From Octopus sinensis (lineage: Eukaryota), in contig NC_043010.1 of the NCBI RefSeq assembly GCF_006345805.1, positions 58,466,001 through 58,530,000 of the forward strand: a stretch of DNA of 64,000 bases. Direction: 5' to 3'. Position numbers and translations under genes: made by a program. Positions 1 to 13,680 of this stretch are shown here, piece after piece. Position 1 is the stretch's first letter. Each line of letters opens with the position of its first letter. Below the pieces are notes generated by a model, which was not told the DNA's origin, did no database searches, and saw nothing but the letters and a program-made list of their open reading frames with translations.

Positions 1-29
1 TAGACGGAACCTGAAAGAAGCCTGTCGAA

Positions 30-80
<51 letters not shown>

Positions 81-283
81 CTGTGTTTGTCCCCCTAGCA
101 TTGCTTGACAACCGATGCTGGTGTGTTTACGTCCCCATCACTTAGCAGTTCGGCAAAAGAGACCGGTAGAATAAGTACTGGGCTTACAAAGAGTAAGTCC
201 CGGGGTCGATTTGATCGACTAAAGGCAGTGCTCCAGCATGGCCGCAGTCAAATGACTGAAACAAGTAAAAGAGTAAAAGAGTA
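1..283 (+). mobile_element. 3' part of an abundant tRNA-derived SINE (cut by window start)
   Basis: Same body (ctgaaagaagcctgtcg-(TA)n-ttgcttgacaaccgatgctggtgtgtttacgtccc) and tail (gtgctccagcatggccgcagtcaaatgactgaaacaagtaaaagag) as the fuller copy at 41539-41893 and other copies in the window. Confidence 0.8.
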
Positions 284-314
<31 letters not shown>

Positions 315-571
315 TACATACATAAGCAGAAAAGACAGACTCCCAAAAGTGGACATAAAGAATGTATTTACATGGAAAGTTGCAAATACAAATAAATGAT
401 GTAATCAAATCTTGTCTTTGCAGCTGTTTCAGATGACTGCTGACTGGGCCCATATCCATGTATATTATGGAATGAAGTGCGATAGTATTGTTGGTGGATG
501 GACTAATGTTGATTTTGTTAGACCTGCAATGTGAAGACGCATGCATTACAAGACGCATCCATACATACTCG

Positions 572-616
<45 letters not shown>

Positions 617-617
617 A

Positions 618-674
<57 letters not shown>

Positions 675-675
675 A

Positions 676-1150
676 CACTGGGCCTCACAGATGCAAGAAC
701 CGAGTTTATTTGGCATTATGTCATGCTTGAGGATAAGACCCATCAAACCAAGTAAAACCACAGTTATGGCAGTAAAAGACAGTAAAAGACAGAACAAAGA
801 GAATAACATCTGTCTTTTACTGTTTTTACTTTTATTGTTTTTACTGTCTTGTTTTGTTCTTACTGTCCTGTTCTTGTTACCACTTTTACCCCTCCGCAAA
901 AAATCCCAAATTTTATTTGATTTGCTTTGCGGGAAGGACTGTTTCAACAAAGTCGCGTCTTGTCCTTACCTTCGAAACGTCGAGTAGACGAAACGGGGAT
1001 AACTGAAGAAGGGGAATATTCCTTGTGTTGTATGACTTGTACTCTGTTTTTTCGTCGTTTGAAAAAAAGTTTGTTTCCCTGTTTTTGTTTTTATGTTTTC
1101 GTTTCTCATTGTGTTCAACATTTATTTTGATGTCCTATACCCATATATGC
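676..1150. repeat. Interspersed repeat of uncertain class with internal hairpins (possibly Penelope-related terminal repeat)
   Basis: 14-bp perfect inverted repeat cagtaaaagacaga/tctgtcttttactg (780-822); ttcgaaacgtcg and ctgaagaagg motifs; 3' end (gtcctatacccatatatgc) resembles 28230-28265. Boundaries approximate. Confidence 0.4.
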
Positions 1151-1227
1151 ATGTATATATACATATAGATGTATGTATGTACATATATGTATGTATATAT
1201 GCATATAGTTATATATTATTTATATTG

Positions 1228-1311
<84 letters not shown>

Positions 1312-2078
1312 GTATAAAAGAAAATGGAATTAATGATGTTTTTTATTCAAAATCACTACAATTGTTTCAGTGCATTCCAACACCTGTTGTACATAGATGA
1401 GATGTTGCGCAATCATTATCCTACTTTGACAGTGTTGAATGCACCTCCTAAGGTGATCGTTTAAGTAAGCTCTCCAGTAGATCCTTCCTTCATTTCACTC
1501 AGTTTGATAAAGTATACTCAGCCATTCACAAACAAAACTAAACCCATCGATACAATTACAATAAAAATACAAAATACAGAGCTAAAAAATATATACATAT
1601 ATACGCATATAGACAAATGAAAATAAAGGGGTCTGGTTGACTCTAAGCTTCTATTCTATCTACGAGTCAGATTATAAAGAAGAAGGTATCAGACAGACTA
1701 AAGAATAAATAAAATAAAATGTTTAGAAATAATAAAGAGATAAGTAGGCTGAGAGTTGACTATTTCAGTCACTGTCAGCTGTTTCTTTGCCTCCTTTAAG
1801 CACCTAAATTGCCTTCCTTCACCCCTGCCAAAAAATAACAGCCCCCCGCCATCTTACACCAAGAATGAGTCTCTATGTAAACTTAATTGTAGTGATCTTA
1901 CATAAAAAAATGTTAATTCCATCTTCTTATATAAACTCCATGGATAATATGGGGTTCCTGATGTATATCCTGTAGCAGGAGCATTTCAACTGTATGATGA
2001 CATCAGATAGCCAATAATTGTGGATGAGCTTTGTACAGCATTCAACAAGGTTTTTACACGAATCTAGATTGACTACAT

Positions 2079-2127
<49 letters not shown>

Positions 2128-5100
2128 TGTATGTATTTTTTGTTCAGTGTATACAAATAACAAGGAAAAAATAAATAGTTACCAGAGTGGCAAATATTCA
2201 CATAAGTGCCAAGGATATTACAGCCTACTTTTACAGGTAGAAATTCCAGGTTTAAGTGAAATGCTTTTGTATAACATGGATAAATTAAGAAATGGAGTCA
2301 AACGCAGGTGTTATTCAAATCACACACACACACACACAATGAGTATATAGGGATATTTTATCCACACAGGTACTATAAGAGATCTCTGGTACATTCCTGG
2401 TTCTGGCTAACAGCATCAAGTAGTAAGAAGCATCAGAGATCACTTAGGATTAGCAATCCCACTGTAATTCTTCTCATGGGTAAATCCAGGTTTGTTTCAC
2501 TGGATTACGAATATATTCAGAAGCATAAACCCAAAACAATTACAAAGAATGTCGAGACTGGTACAGTTTTGAATTTTTCTTTTACAGTTAATTAAAACAG
2601 TATGATTAGGTAGTTAAAATGACCAACAAATGTTTCTGCTGCACAGAGTATGTGCATTTGCATAGGCAACCCACACTATTCTGCTCTGCATTTTCATTCC
2701 ATGTCTTTCCATTAGCATAGTCCAAAGTGAACTGAGTTTCTTTGTGCATAGACAGCTTATTTCATTATTTTTCTATGGTTTGAGATACAAGAGCAAATTG
2801 ATAGGGAGATGTTGACATCTGATATGGCTATAAAGTTTACTCCGTATCTGACCTCATGTTAACCTTAGTTCCAGGATGAAACTGAGAGTTCACCATATTA
2901 AATTAGGCCAAAGTATATCTGAATGTTTTAACACAGCTTTATCTATGTATTAAGAGATTGAATGAAAATAGATTTAATTTAATTACATTAATCGATAGAA
3001 TTCTGTCATATTTACGTAAGATGTCCATAAGGAAGGTGCACTTGCTAATTGAGTTTTAGATTACATGGAAGTTACTATGTCCTATGTGTGTTTCTATGAT
3101 TTATATACAAAAAAAAAAGATATTTTAAGCTAGTGATAATAAAGATATGGTCCCAACATTTACCTCTAAAATTCAGGCACCTCCCCTTTGTGTAATGGAT
3201 ATCATACAACCCAACATCTACATGGAAGTATTTACACGTTTTTCCATGCAGGTGCAGACATCTAAAGACTTGTTCCAGTCTACAGTTAAGCAATTGTTGT
3301 TTTGATGTAAAAATCTAGTACTTTTCTTCTATGCACAGGTTACATCTTTTTCCTCCTGTTATATAAAGTATAGCTGTGCTAATTTTTACCCATTCTATAC
3401 TAAAGGTAGCATTTTTATCCTTAACAAACTGACAAACTTGTTCAAGCTAGTTTTGTTCATCTTAATTCTGTTCTTAAATGTATTTAAACGATTTACCAGT
3501 CTCAATTTAAAGTTTGTCGAGGTCACACCTAATTAAAAGTAAGAATTTCCGTTTGATGTAATCTTACATTGGTATACTAAGTTCTTCCTCATACACTGTG
3601 TATTTAAGGGACTAATTATATTTTTATCACAATTACAGAGATTTCTTTCCCTATTACTACTACCTTTGCCATCGGTGCTCATACAAAATGTTCTCCATAT
3701 TTGTGTAACTATTGCTCTATTATTGCTTACATTCTGGCTACCGTCTTGGGTTCCAGGCTATTATTTCTAGTGATTCCTATACCTGGTCTGATCTCTATAA
3801 GGATTGTTGCAGTTGCCTCCCTTGCTCTCCTTCCCACTGCTCAGGTGCTAGCTTCCCCACAATTGTATCTAACTGTAATGTTTGAGGTGAACTCCCATTG
3901 GCTGCTTAACTTTCCGGCCCTATACTCGTGGTTGCTACCATTTGGAGGACTGCTATTGAAATCATTTCTACCGATGGAAATGATTAACCATTAAGCAAAA
4001 TGAGCCCCTGCTTAGAGCATCAAGGGAAGGGTGGGACACTGCAGAAATAGTAAATGGTTTACAGTACAAATGAAATCAATTTAAAATTGCTAAAATAATA
4101 TTCAGAGTAGTTGATATTATTGGAAGTATAATCTCGGAGTATTCATGGTATCATAGTGAGGATCTGTTCAAAGATTTAGCAATTAAAAAATGTAGTAGAA
4201 AACTTTTCCAATATAAATGAAATGAAAGTAGAAAAAATATTATTTTCTTTCTTTCTGTTAGTTTAGTTTCATTTTAAAAAACATAAATTTATTTTATGGT
4301 TCATTATTGTTTCTATTTTGAATTACATATATATGGGGGAACAAAACCTTTTAAATGCTTAGGGCCTCCATGAGTCTTAATCCATTCCTGATAACTAGCA
4401 AAATTCTTGGTATTTTTTTCCCAAACAAATGCCAGATATGTTCCATTCAAATCGTTTATTACTTTCACATTGTTAAAAAAAAAGGTATAATGAAAATTTA
4501 ATGATTAATGTCTCTGACATAATTATTGTGTATTGTTTTGAAACCTTCAAATCAACTTGTCAGCTTTTCCAATATTATCAGTAGCGATATTTACCATTTC
4601 CTAATGAACTGTTATTAATAAACTTTACTTGATGTCAAAACTACTTCATTTCTATCTTCATATTATGATTTCCCATAAATATTTTCATGTGTTTAAGGTT
4701 GTTGAATGCCCAAGCCAATGTACAAACGTCAGTATCATAAAACTGGAAAAATGTTTCAAATTACTTCACAGAAAGAGCAGAGAGTTATTGTCTTTTGCTG
4801 GTTTGGTTTGAAGCGACAGAGAGGAGAAAAGGAGAGGGATATATTTCTGTAAAGACTTGTTGGTCATAATAGGAGAAGGGAACACTTTCATTGGGGGAAG
4901 TACTACAATTATTAAGGGGATCACTGGTTTGACATCATGACTGGAGAATTATGATGGCACCACCATTACACCACAACACCATGTTAGAGCAACACAGCAT
5001 TACACTACTACCCTACCACACACATACAAAATTAAACCCCCACCACACTATTAGACCAGCACAACTTAACTAGACACCCCCCCCACACACACACACAGAA

Positions 5101-5790
5101 TTAGACCAGCACAGCACAATTAAACCCCCTCCATACACAATAAGACCACCACACAATTAGATGGCCATTACACAATCATACCATCACCACCTCAGCATTA
5201 GACTACCCACCATTTGCCTATAACGACACAAGACCACCACCACACCATTCAACTGTCTGGGGTGACAAAAATGTTTTCATTTGAAAAAGAAATGTTTTTG
5301 AAATACTTTTTCTGTTTTGATAAAACTGAGGAAGAATTCCCTCCATAAATTCCATTCTTTCTTCAATTGTTTGAAATGAAATTGTTCAATAGTGGTCTAA
5401 TTCCTGCTTGGTAATTATTATGTTAGTCTCTTTTGGTAAACTGCAAAGTTACGGGGATGTAAACACACCAACAACAGTTGTCAAGCAATGGTGGGACACA
5501 CACACACATGCGATGAGCTACTTTCAATTTCTGTTTACCAAATCCAGCTCAAGGCTTTGATCAACCTGAGGCTTTGGTAGAAGACAGAAGACATTTGCCC
5601 AAGGGGACACACAGTGGGACTGAACCCAGAATCATGTGGATAAGAAGCAAACTTCTAACCACACAGCCACATATGCACCCCCATGAACTGTAACAAACGA
5701 AGCAAAGCAGATGAAGGTATTAAATATCTTTAAGCTGTTGTGACCATTTCAATAGTTAATGGAACCCATTTCATCAATTTACATGTTCAT

Positions 5791-6201
5791 TTATATATAT
5801 ATATATATATATATATAAAGCTGAAGTTGTCTGTGTATGGCAGGTTTGGTAGCCTTCAACTAACACTATCTCCTCCGAGACCCTGCCGCGCAAGTTGACC
5901 AAAATTGAGAGAACGATAGAAGAAGGCTTGCTCTTCCTTCTGTAGAAGAAAAAAAATTCAAATTGGACAATGTTAACACCAAAAATTATTTGCATCAAGA
6001 AGGTGCTTTTTTTTTCTATGAAAATCCCTCTTTTTTACGATTTTTTGACTGCTGTGTCACCATTTTTCGGTGTATTTCAAAACCAGAAAGATGTTCACTC
6101 AAAGAGAATAACAAACTACATAATGCAAAATTTTTACTTTTCAAAAATTCCAATTCTAAAGGGTCGAAACAAACCCGAGCAATGCTGGGCGATACTGCTA
6201 G
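5791..6201 (+). mobile_element. Non-autonomous Helitron-like element
   Basis: Ends in CTAG (6198-6201) followed by T, preceded by a GC-rich subterminal hairpin (cccgagcaatgctggg); no TSD or TIR. 5' boundary uncertain within (TA)n. Confidence 0.5.
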
Positions 6202-6689
6202 TATATATATAAAATTATCAAAATCTCCAAAATAATTAATGAGACTACTACGAACCATTTCTCAGGAATGCTTCATGTAGAATATCAAGGTTTTCTGCTA
6301 ATGAAGAGATTTCTCTCTCAGAATATCAAATATTATAATGCAGCTTTTGCTAAAACAGGATAAGCTGGAAAGATCTGCTACATTCCCAAGAATAGTAATG
6401 TGAAATTATTGAAAGGTCAGAGGATTATTGTTATTGGAACACAGATGTAACAGTTATTAACAAGGTGATATTAATTATTGCAATAATGTTTAGCAATGTG
6501 AAAACTCATCACAGAGGCTGTGGAACTATGAAGAAGGAAATAAAAGCCTACATAATGAGTAACCAAGATAATTTCACAGTTAATGAGGCAAATTGTTTAA
6601 ATAACCCTTGTGTTTCCTTCAAATACCCAGGCTCAAACCTGGTATTTTGAGGAATGGGACCTTAGTTATGTGTGACTAAAAATAAGGCA

Positions 6690-7270
6690 CAGTCAAAGCT
6701 GTATGGTTAAAAGCTTGCTTCCCAACCACATGGTTCTGGGTTCAGTCCCACTGTGTGGTACCGTGGGCAAGTGTCTTCTACTATAGCCTCAGGCTGACCA
6801 AAACCTTGTGGGTGGATTTGGTGGATGAAAACTGAAAGAAGCCTAGGGTGTTCAAAAAGTCTCTCCACAGTGAATTTTTTTCATCCAGTACATCACCATG
6901 GCGCTACTTCAAAAGTTTTTCGGTGAAGGGATTATTTCAAAGGGATTTTGGCCACCAAGATCACCTGATTTAACACCACTAGACTTTTTTTTGGGGGGGG
7001 GGGGGCAAGTAAAAGATCAGTGTACAAGAATCGGCCAAAAATCATTAAATACTTACTGTGGAGAGACTTTTTGAACACCCAATATATATATATACATATA
7101 CATATATATATATATATATGTGTGAGTGTGTGTCTTAGTGTCTGTGTTTGTCCCCCCACCTACCACTTGACAACCAATGTTGGTGTGTTTATGTCCCTGT
7201 AACTTAACAGTTCAGTAAAAGGGACCAATAGAATAAGTACCAAGTTTTAAAATATATATGTACTAGGGTT
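6690..7270 (+). mobile_element. tRNA-derived SINE interrupted by a MITE
   Basis: SINE head (gctgtatggtt...ggttcagtcccactg...ggcaagtgtcttctactatagcc) stops at ctgaaagaagcc and resumes at 7081 with (TA)n and the normal body. Confidence 0.7.
6846..7080. mobile_element. Tc1/mariner-type MITE, 235 bp
   Basis: Perfect 26-bp TIRs gggtgttcaaaaagtctctccacagt (6846-6871) and actgtggagagactttttgaacaccc (7055-7080); sits at the TA-rich centre of a SINE. Confidence 0.8.
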
Positions 7271-7276
7271 GATTCA

Positions 7277-7575
7277 GACTATCATCTCTTCAGCCCCATG
7301 AAAGAGGGTTTGAAAGGCAAACATTATTCCAGTGATGAGGAAGTGAAAACTGTAGTGAAGAAGTGGCTAAAAGAATGGTCAACACAATTTTATGGGGCAG
7401 GAATACATGCTCTCATTCGAAGGAACATTGCTATTGAGAGAAATGGTGACTATGTTGAGAAGTAGGGATGTGATCCACAGAAGACCAGCTTCATTTTGAT
7501 GTATGATACATGTTCCTGTGTTTGTAATTATACCCGTCCTAAACAAAATGGCATTACCTTTTGACTCACTCTTGT
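7277..7575 (+). mobile_element. mariner transposase C-terminal remnant
   Basis: Translates DYHLFSPMKEGLKGKHYSSDEEVKTVVKKWLKEWSTQFYGAGIHALIRR..ERNGDYVEK*, i.e. the mariner DYHLF and C-terminal GDYVE motifs. Confidence 0.75.
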
Positions 7576-8189
7576 ATGAATTACTCAATTCATGGTTGAT
7601 TGTAGGTGATACACTTCCATACAAAGTGGGTTGGGTAACTTTATTTTGTGCTTAATAGAAGCTCCCATTAAATGAAACTTTCTTAAAATTTTATTTAGCT
7701 GAATAGCATTTTTTGCATAGTTACCTTTTTTATTGTCTCAACTCCTTCCCAAATTATTTCTAATGTATCCAACCAATCATTCGTTTCTTAATTGCTGCAA
7801 ACAATTTAATTTTACTGTAATGTTAATCTCATTTCAGGATGACATGATATTCTAGACTTGATTACAGTTCTGGTGCACAAAACTTTCGGGCTTCTCTTTT
7901 ACTTCACACTCCCTACACATTTTTTTGTATTCTTTTATTTTAGTTCCTTTCAACTTTCATCTCTGTATCCATTTCTTTTACACCCCCATTCTTCCCTTCA
8001 ATCATAGCACTGGGATTGCAATAGTAAACTACCATTTCTTTGAAGTTCCTCATATTATCTTCCTCATATTAAATTTTTTTTTTAACACCAATAAACATTT
8101 AGACTGACAGCCACTTGACCAGTCAGTACCAGTGGTGCAGATGATATGTACAAGAATTAAATGAATGGAATTGATATCTTCATTATCTG

Positions 8190-8590
8190 TGCTAGGGCAA
8201 CATGCTGTGCTTGATGAAACCTATTGAGTCAAGTACATCAAAATCAAAATCATATGGAAAATTGTAGTTGTGATCCCCATGCCGGTGGCACGCAAAAAAC
8301 ACCATCCAAACATGGCCAATGCAAGCGCCACCTTGACTGGCTTCCGTGCCAGTGGCACGTAAAAGCACCAACTGATCGTGGTCGTTGCTAGACTCCTCTG
8401 GCCCCTATGCCGGTGGCATGTAAAAAGCACTCACTACACTCTCGGAGTTGTTGGCATTTGGAAGAGTATCCAGCAGTAGAAACACTGCCAGATCAGACTG
8501 GAGCCTGGTGCAACCTCCTGGCTTCTCAGACCCCAGTCGAGCTGTCCAACTCATGCCAGAATGGAAAACAGACGTTAAACGATGATGATG
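8190..8590 (+). mobile_element. SINE or truncated LINE 3' end sharing the RTE 3' UTR, with (ATG)n tail
   Basis: Matches 44880-45250 (gccggtggca...gtaaaaagcac-cactacactc-cggag...ccaacccatgc...aaatgatgatg). Related copies on either strand near 15010, 15990, 23760, 27925, 30840, 31260, 33890, 37925, 39105 and 51495. Confidence 0.7.
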
Positions 8591-9409
8591 ATTATCTTTA
8601 TTATCCATCAACTAAAAGATTTCCATGACAGAGTGAAAACTTGCTGTTTAATCACACGTCACTTACACTCCACTCGCACTTTATTGCCATTTCACTTTCC
8701 CAATAAACAGGCTGAGCCATTTGTCATCCGTAAATGACCACCACCAATTAGTACCATCAGTTGTCCATATCCATGGAAGAATGACCAACCTAAGATATAT
8801 TCTTGATCAATCTTTTTCCTCCATATTCATCATGTCAGGTCACCTGATCACCTACCAATCAAAGGAGCACACTTTACCACAAACCAACTCCTGCCATGCC
8901 CCTCCCTCCTCTGATGCTTCAATACATCTACCTATCACAGTTTGCTAGATTGATTTATAAATACACCCACACCCACACACTAGCTTCTTGTGGTTGATAT
9001 TGTGTGTAGTGTTGCTTAGTCCCAGGTCAGACCTGATCCAGTAGACCTGGTGTTAAAGATATTCCATCCATGCCCATCAACCAATATATTGTCGAAAGTC
9101 AACGAAGGTTTCTTTCCTGTTGTGATGCTGACTAATTTCTATTCGTGTCTGGCTGTTGTCTGTGAGAAGGACTCACTTAAAACAAAATGGTACTTAGTTT
9201 TGTAGAAATGTCCAATGAAACACATCACATGCCTCTCTCTCTCTCTCTCTTTTCTCCCCCTCTCTTTCTTTTTTCCCCTCTCACTCCTCTCTCCCTCTCT
9301 CCCTCTCTCTTCTCTCTCTCCCCCTCATGACATCAGTGAGTGTAACAATCCAGTCTTTGGGTGAATGTTTCATTTTTTTCACATGAAATATTCAAAACAT
9401 CTTTTAATT

Positions 9410-9775
9410 ATCTTTTATCTTTTAATTGCTTCGGTTGTTTCACTGCAGCCATGCTGGAGCACAGCCTGGAAGAGTTTTTAGTTGAATGAATTGACTCCCA
9501 AGACTTTTTATTTAAGCTTGGTACTTATTCTATCAATCTCTTTTGCCAAACTACTATGTTACAGGAACATAAACACACCAACACTGGTTGGGGTGACAAA
9601 CACAGATACAAAGTTACACACACATGTACATATATGACAGGCTTCTTTCAGTTTCCCTCTACAAAAATCGGCTCGAGGCCATGGTGGAAGACACTTGCCC
9701 AAGGTGTCACCCAGTGGAACTGAACCTGAAACCATTTGGTTGGAAAGCAAGCTTCTTACCACACAGCCATAGCTG
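9410..9775 (-). mobile_element. tRNA-derived SINE (same family as 1-283). Further minus-strand copies near 5440-5630, 22190-22330, 34260-34645, 35140-35240 and 47880-48545
   Basis: Reverse-complement of SINE head and tail (ctgcagccatgctggagcac; caggcttctttcagtttcc; gaagacacttgcccaagg; cttaccacacagccat). Confidence 0.7.
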
Positions 9776-11465
9776 TAATTGCCATCCTGCCTTGGGCTTG
9801 CTTCTGCGTATCTGGTCACTGTCCAAACAGTGGATTCATGCAATGGCACTAATTCTTCAGTGGCATCAAGAATGTTCTCAAGTGACAAACACCCGAATGA
9901 CACTGAAGCTGCCATGATTTCAGCAGATCATTTTCTCTCTTTTGCCTCTCTCGGTGCTATATTACAACAGGTAATGGTTGACTGCTTTTTTCTGCCCCAC
10001 CCCCACTCCACCACTCTTCATTATATCAAATGTAGACACACTTGGAGACTGTGATACACGAACCAATATCTTTGGTTGCTTTATTTAAGGTCATTTAAAC
10101 AGGGTGGTCACATCTGAGAAGAGTTGACATCATGAAGATAATTTATGCTTGTTGTTGTTGTTGTGGCTAGGTGATGAGGTGGGGAAGATTGTTTCATTTC
10201 TCTTTGACTGAAGCTGAATTCTTTTGTTACTTAAAGCATAAAACACAGAATTGTGAAAAATGATAAAAGAAAAACAGAATGATTCAAGCAAATCGTTTGG
10301 CAAATTGCTGTCATTGGTGTTGAGATTAGCTGCACTGCAGTCAGGTAAGCCATTTCGGATATCTTCTCTGTCCTCCACCACAACATCATCACCTTGCTTT
10401 GATTCCGACTTATTGTATGAAGGACTAATGAGAAAATATGAATGATCTTCAACAAAAAGGGAGTAAAAAAGTCAAACATGAACTTCTTTTTAACACAGTT
10501 CACACGCAAATATATTTAATGAAATTAACACAGACACAGATAAGTTTTGATGCTTTTATTAACAGACATTTTCAAATATATATATATACATACATATACA
10601 TTTTTATATGATATATAATATATATATATATGTATATAATATATATAGACATGCTTTTGAAGGTCATGCTTATTTTTTATTTAAATTTCGTCTGTTTTGT
10701 ATGTTTGGCATGCATGACTGGTATATCAGATTGTTGTCATCCCAGAAGCCTGGAATTATCTGCCCTTTACTTCCACAAACAGTTAATTCATGAAGAAAGC
10801 CAACAGTTTGCAGTGGGGTGGGGGCGGGGAGTTAAGATGTTTTTTTTTATTACATTCTTATATAATAATATATAACCAAGCAAGGGGAGACAATCTCTAC
10901 CACATTGATGTTGAGATAACTGGAAAGACAAATAGAGGTTATCGTATAGACTTTGATATTAAAATTAAACAGTTGAACAAATAACGAATAAACGACTTTA
11001 ATTCATTGATAGTGAAACAGTTATGGAAACAGTGCTAACATATATACACACATATACATATATATGTCTATATATAGTCATAATTATCATTTACAGATAT
11101 TCATATATATATATATATTACATATATATTCATCATACAAAGATATCATTCTCACTCTCTTTCTATCTCTCTTTCCCTCTTTTTCTCTTGCTATATGCAT
11201 ATATATATATATGCATGTCTCTATGTATTTATGAATATGCACATATATTGTGGTCAGTAACAGAGACGTGACAATTGTATGTTTCAACTCACGAAGGTGG
11301 TTTTTTCTTTTACTTTTTACATCTCAAAATTGCTAATATACAATGAAATATTTAGAATTATAAAAAAAAACAATCATTTAAAGTACCATTATGTAATATA
11401 AATATAAATATATAAATGTTTATATATATGTATATATATATTTATATAATATATATATATAGGTT

Positions 11466-11509
<44 letters not shown>

Positions 11510-11709
11510 TAAACATAAAACCAGTGTTTGTACATTGGTGTTACAATTGGTATACTGTATCCCTGCATGCTGTGAGAAGCAACTAAATTGGTTGGCATCA
11601 TCAGAATGGAATCTGCTTGTAAAATAATACACATGCACACATACATGTGTGTGTGTATATATATATATACACACACACACATACATATGCTTCTATATAC
11701 ATATATGTT

Positions 11710-11753
<44 letters not shown>

Positions 11754-11781
11754 TACATATGCTTCTATATACATATATGTT

Positions 11782-11827
<46 letters not shown>

Positions 11828-12227
11828 ATATATACATACATACACACACATCAATATTTATGTATATTAATGTAGATACACCTTCACACAAACACACATA
11901 TACTTATTGTATAAAAAAGTTGAGAGTTTGTCTGAGTTTTGCCCTAATCTGGGCTGTTTCTGGGTGCTGCAAATATACATACATGTCTGTGTGTGTGTGT
12001 GTGTGTGATGGTGGGTTGAATGTGTGAGTGTGTGTTTGCAAGTGTTTAATGAGCACGTATGTGTATTTGCATTTACATGTGTTGCTTACATATACCTGCA
12101 TCTAAATCTTAATTTATTAATATTTAGAATGTGTCCTGTGTTGCAGTGTGTGTCGAGTAGGAGATATTGCTTTGGTCCAGTTGATACCTGAAATATTAAA
12201 GAGGACATACACATATATATATAATAC

Positions 12228-12277
<50 letters not shown>

Positions 12278-12661
12278 ATACATATATATATAATACATAC
12301 ACGCACACACATATACATGCATGCATATATGTACATACATATATATATACTTATGTATATATTCATGTGTGTATGTATATATATATACGTGTGTGTGTGT
12401 GTGTGTCTGTGTATCAGTGGTGACTCTAGCACTTGGGTTGTTCAGGCTTAGCCTGAGCATAAATTTAGTGAAGTGAACGTGTATTTGCAAGCTGATTTCA
12501 TTTCTGCCAACACTGGCTTCAAGTGTGTAACTGCAGCCAATAACTTGTGCTCCTTTTATTGAGCCTGGTCACAGTTCATTTATTTTCGTTCAGCCTCTGT
12601 CGGTCGTCTTACAGGTGCCCTGTATCAAAAAATATCATTCACAGCAGACGTTCTCTCGACA

Positions 12662-12712
12662 TCATTCACATGTGCCTGACTCAGTCTCAGAAGTTACAGC
12701 CCGAGTTGTTAT
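12662..12712 (-). CDS. Candidate terminal coding exon of Pcdh unit C (ITTRAVTSETESGTCE*)
   Basis: T-rich acceptor ttttaatttttacgattatAG at 12713-12714; exon start ATAACAACTCGGGC aligns to TTACCAACTCGAAT of the LPTRIK exons; lies 968 bp past the strong donor at 13680. Confidence 0.4.
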   Translation of the reverse strand: MTTRAVTSETESGTCE

Positions 12713-13247
12713 CTATAATCGTAAAAATTAAAAGTAATTCAAATTCAGTTTTTTCCTGAGACAATAAATTTCTATAGAGATTAGGATTTAAATTCTAATC
12801 TGTGAAAAGTTTCCGTTCTACAATATTCTTAAACGAAAAATTATCCAGCAACTTGAGTTAATACAAATGAGTCTGGTAGGTGTAGAAGACTAACTGGCAT
12901 CTGTTGTCAAGAGTACAGGTGACAGTCAGACAGGTGATGTTTGTTGTGCACCCTAGTGTCGTTATTTGATTGCTGTTCTTAGAAATGGAGAAAGACATAT
13001 TAAAACTATATTTGTCTTATTGTTGAACTATCAGTGCACATGTAAGTTTGCAGTGTGCATCATGTCTCTTACCTCCTTTTCTACATGTGTCTTATGCAAA
13101 ATCTGTGATGAGCCCGAGTGATGCTGATGACCTGGAGTCACCTCTGATATGTATGTGTATACATACACACACACACACATATACATATATATATATATAC
13201 AGACACAAATACATGCACAGATATACACACACACATAGATACATATA

Positions 13248-13287
<40 letters not shown>

Positions 13288-13680
13288 TAAAGAGGACATA
13301 TATTCATCAATAGGATTACAAGAAATGGCACAAGTGCAAAATAGTCAAAGAAATCTTTGGGATAATCTAAAACTAATGTGGGATAATGAAAATTGGGTTA
13401 ACATAACAGTCAGACTGGTCTAACAGTAAGAATGTATGAGATAACATAAAACGAGCATGGGGTATCAGTAACATAGTATGGGGTAACATGAAACTAAAGT
13501 AGGGTAACATGGACATTATTTGGGTTAACATAAGGGTAGGCTAAAATGCAGTCGGGTGTAAGGGAAGAGGTTTTACTTCAACACAGAAATGGCAACATTA
13601 AATGAATAAAATGAAGCTATTTGAAATATTTTATGAATATTTACCTCTGTCATAACTGGGTCTCTTTTCTTCTGGCATAC

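Noticed and set aside
960-1030. Permuted hammerhead-like motifs (ttcGAAAcgtc...gacg, CTGAAGAagg); also CTGAAGA...agcAAAA near 17427-17460
   Set aside because: No NUH triplet or stem I in the first; G12 is missing in the second. At best decayed relics.
10130-10424. Candidate phase-2 exon (PSYNKSESKQGDDVVVEDREDIRNGLPDC...) joined to the 13680 donor by stop read-through
   Set aside because: It needs read-through of TAA, has no similarity to the LPTRIK exons, and the nearer exon at 12712 explains unit C better.
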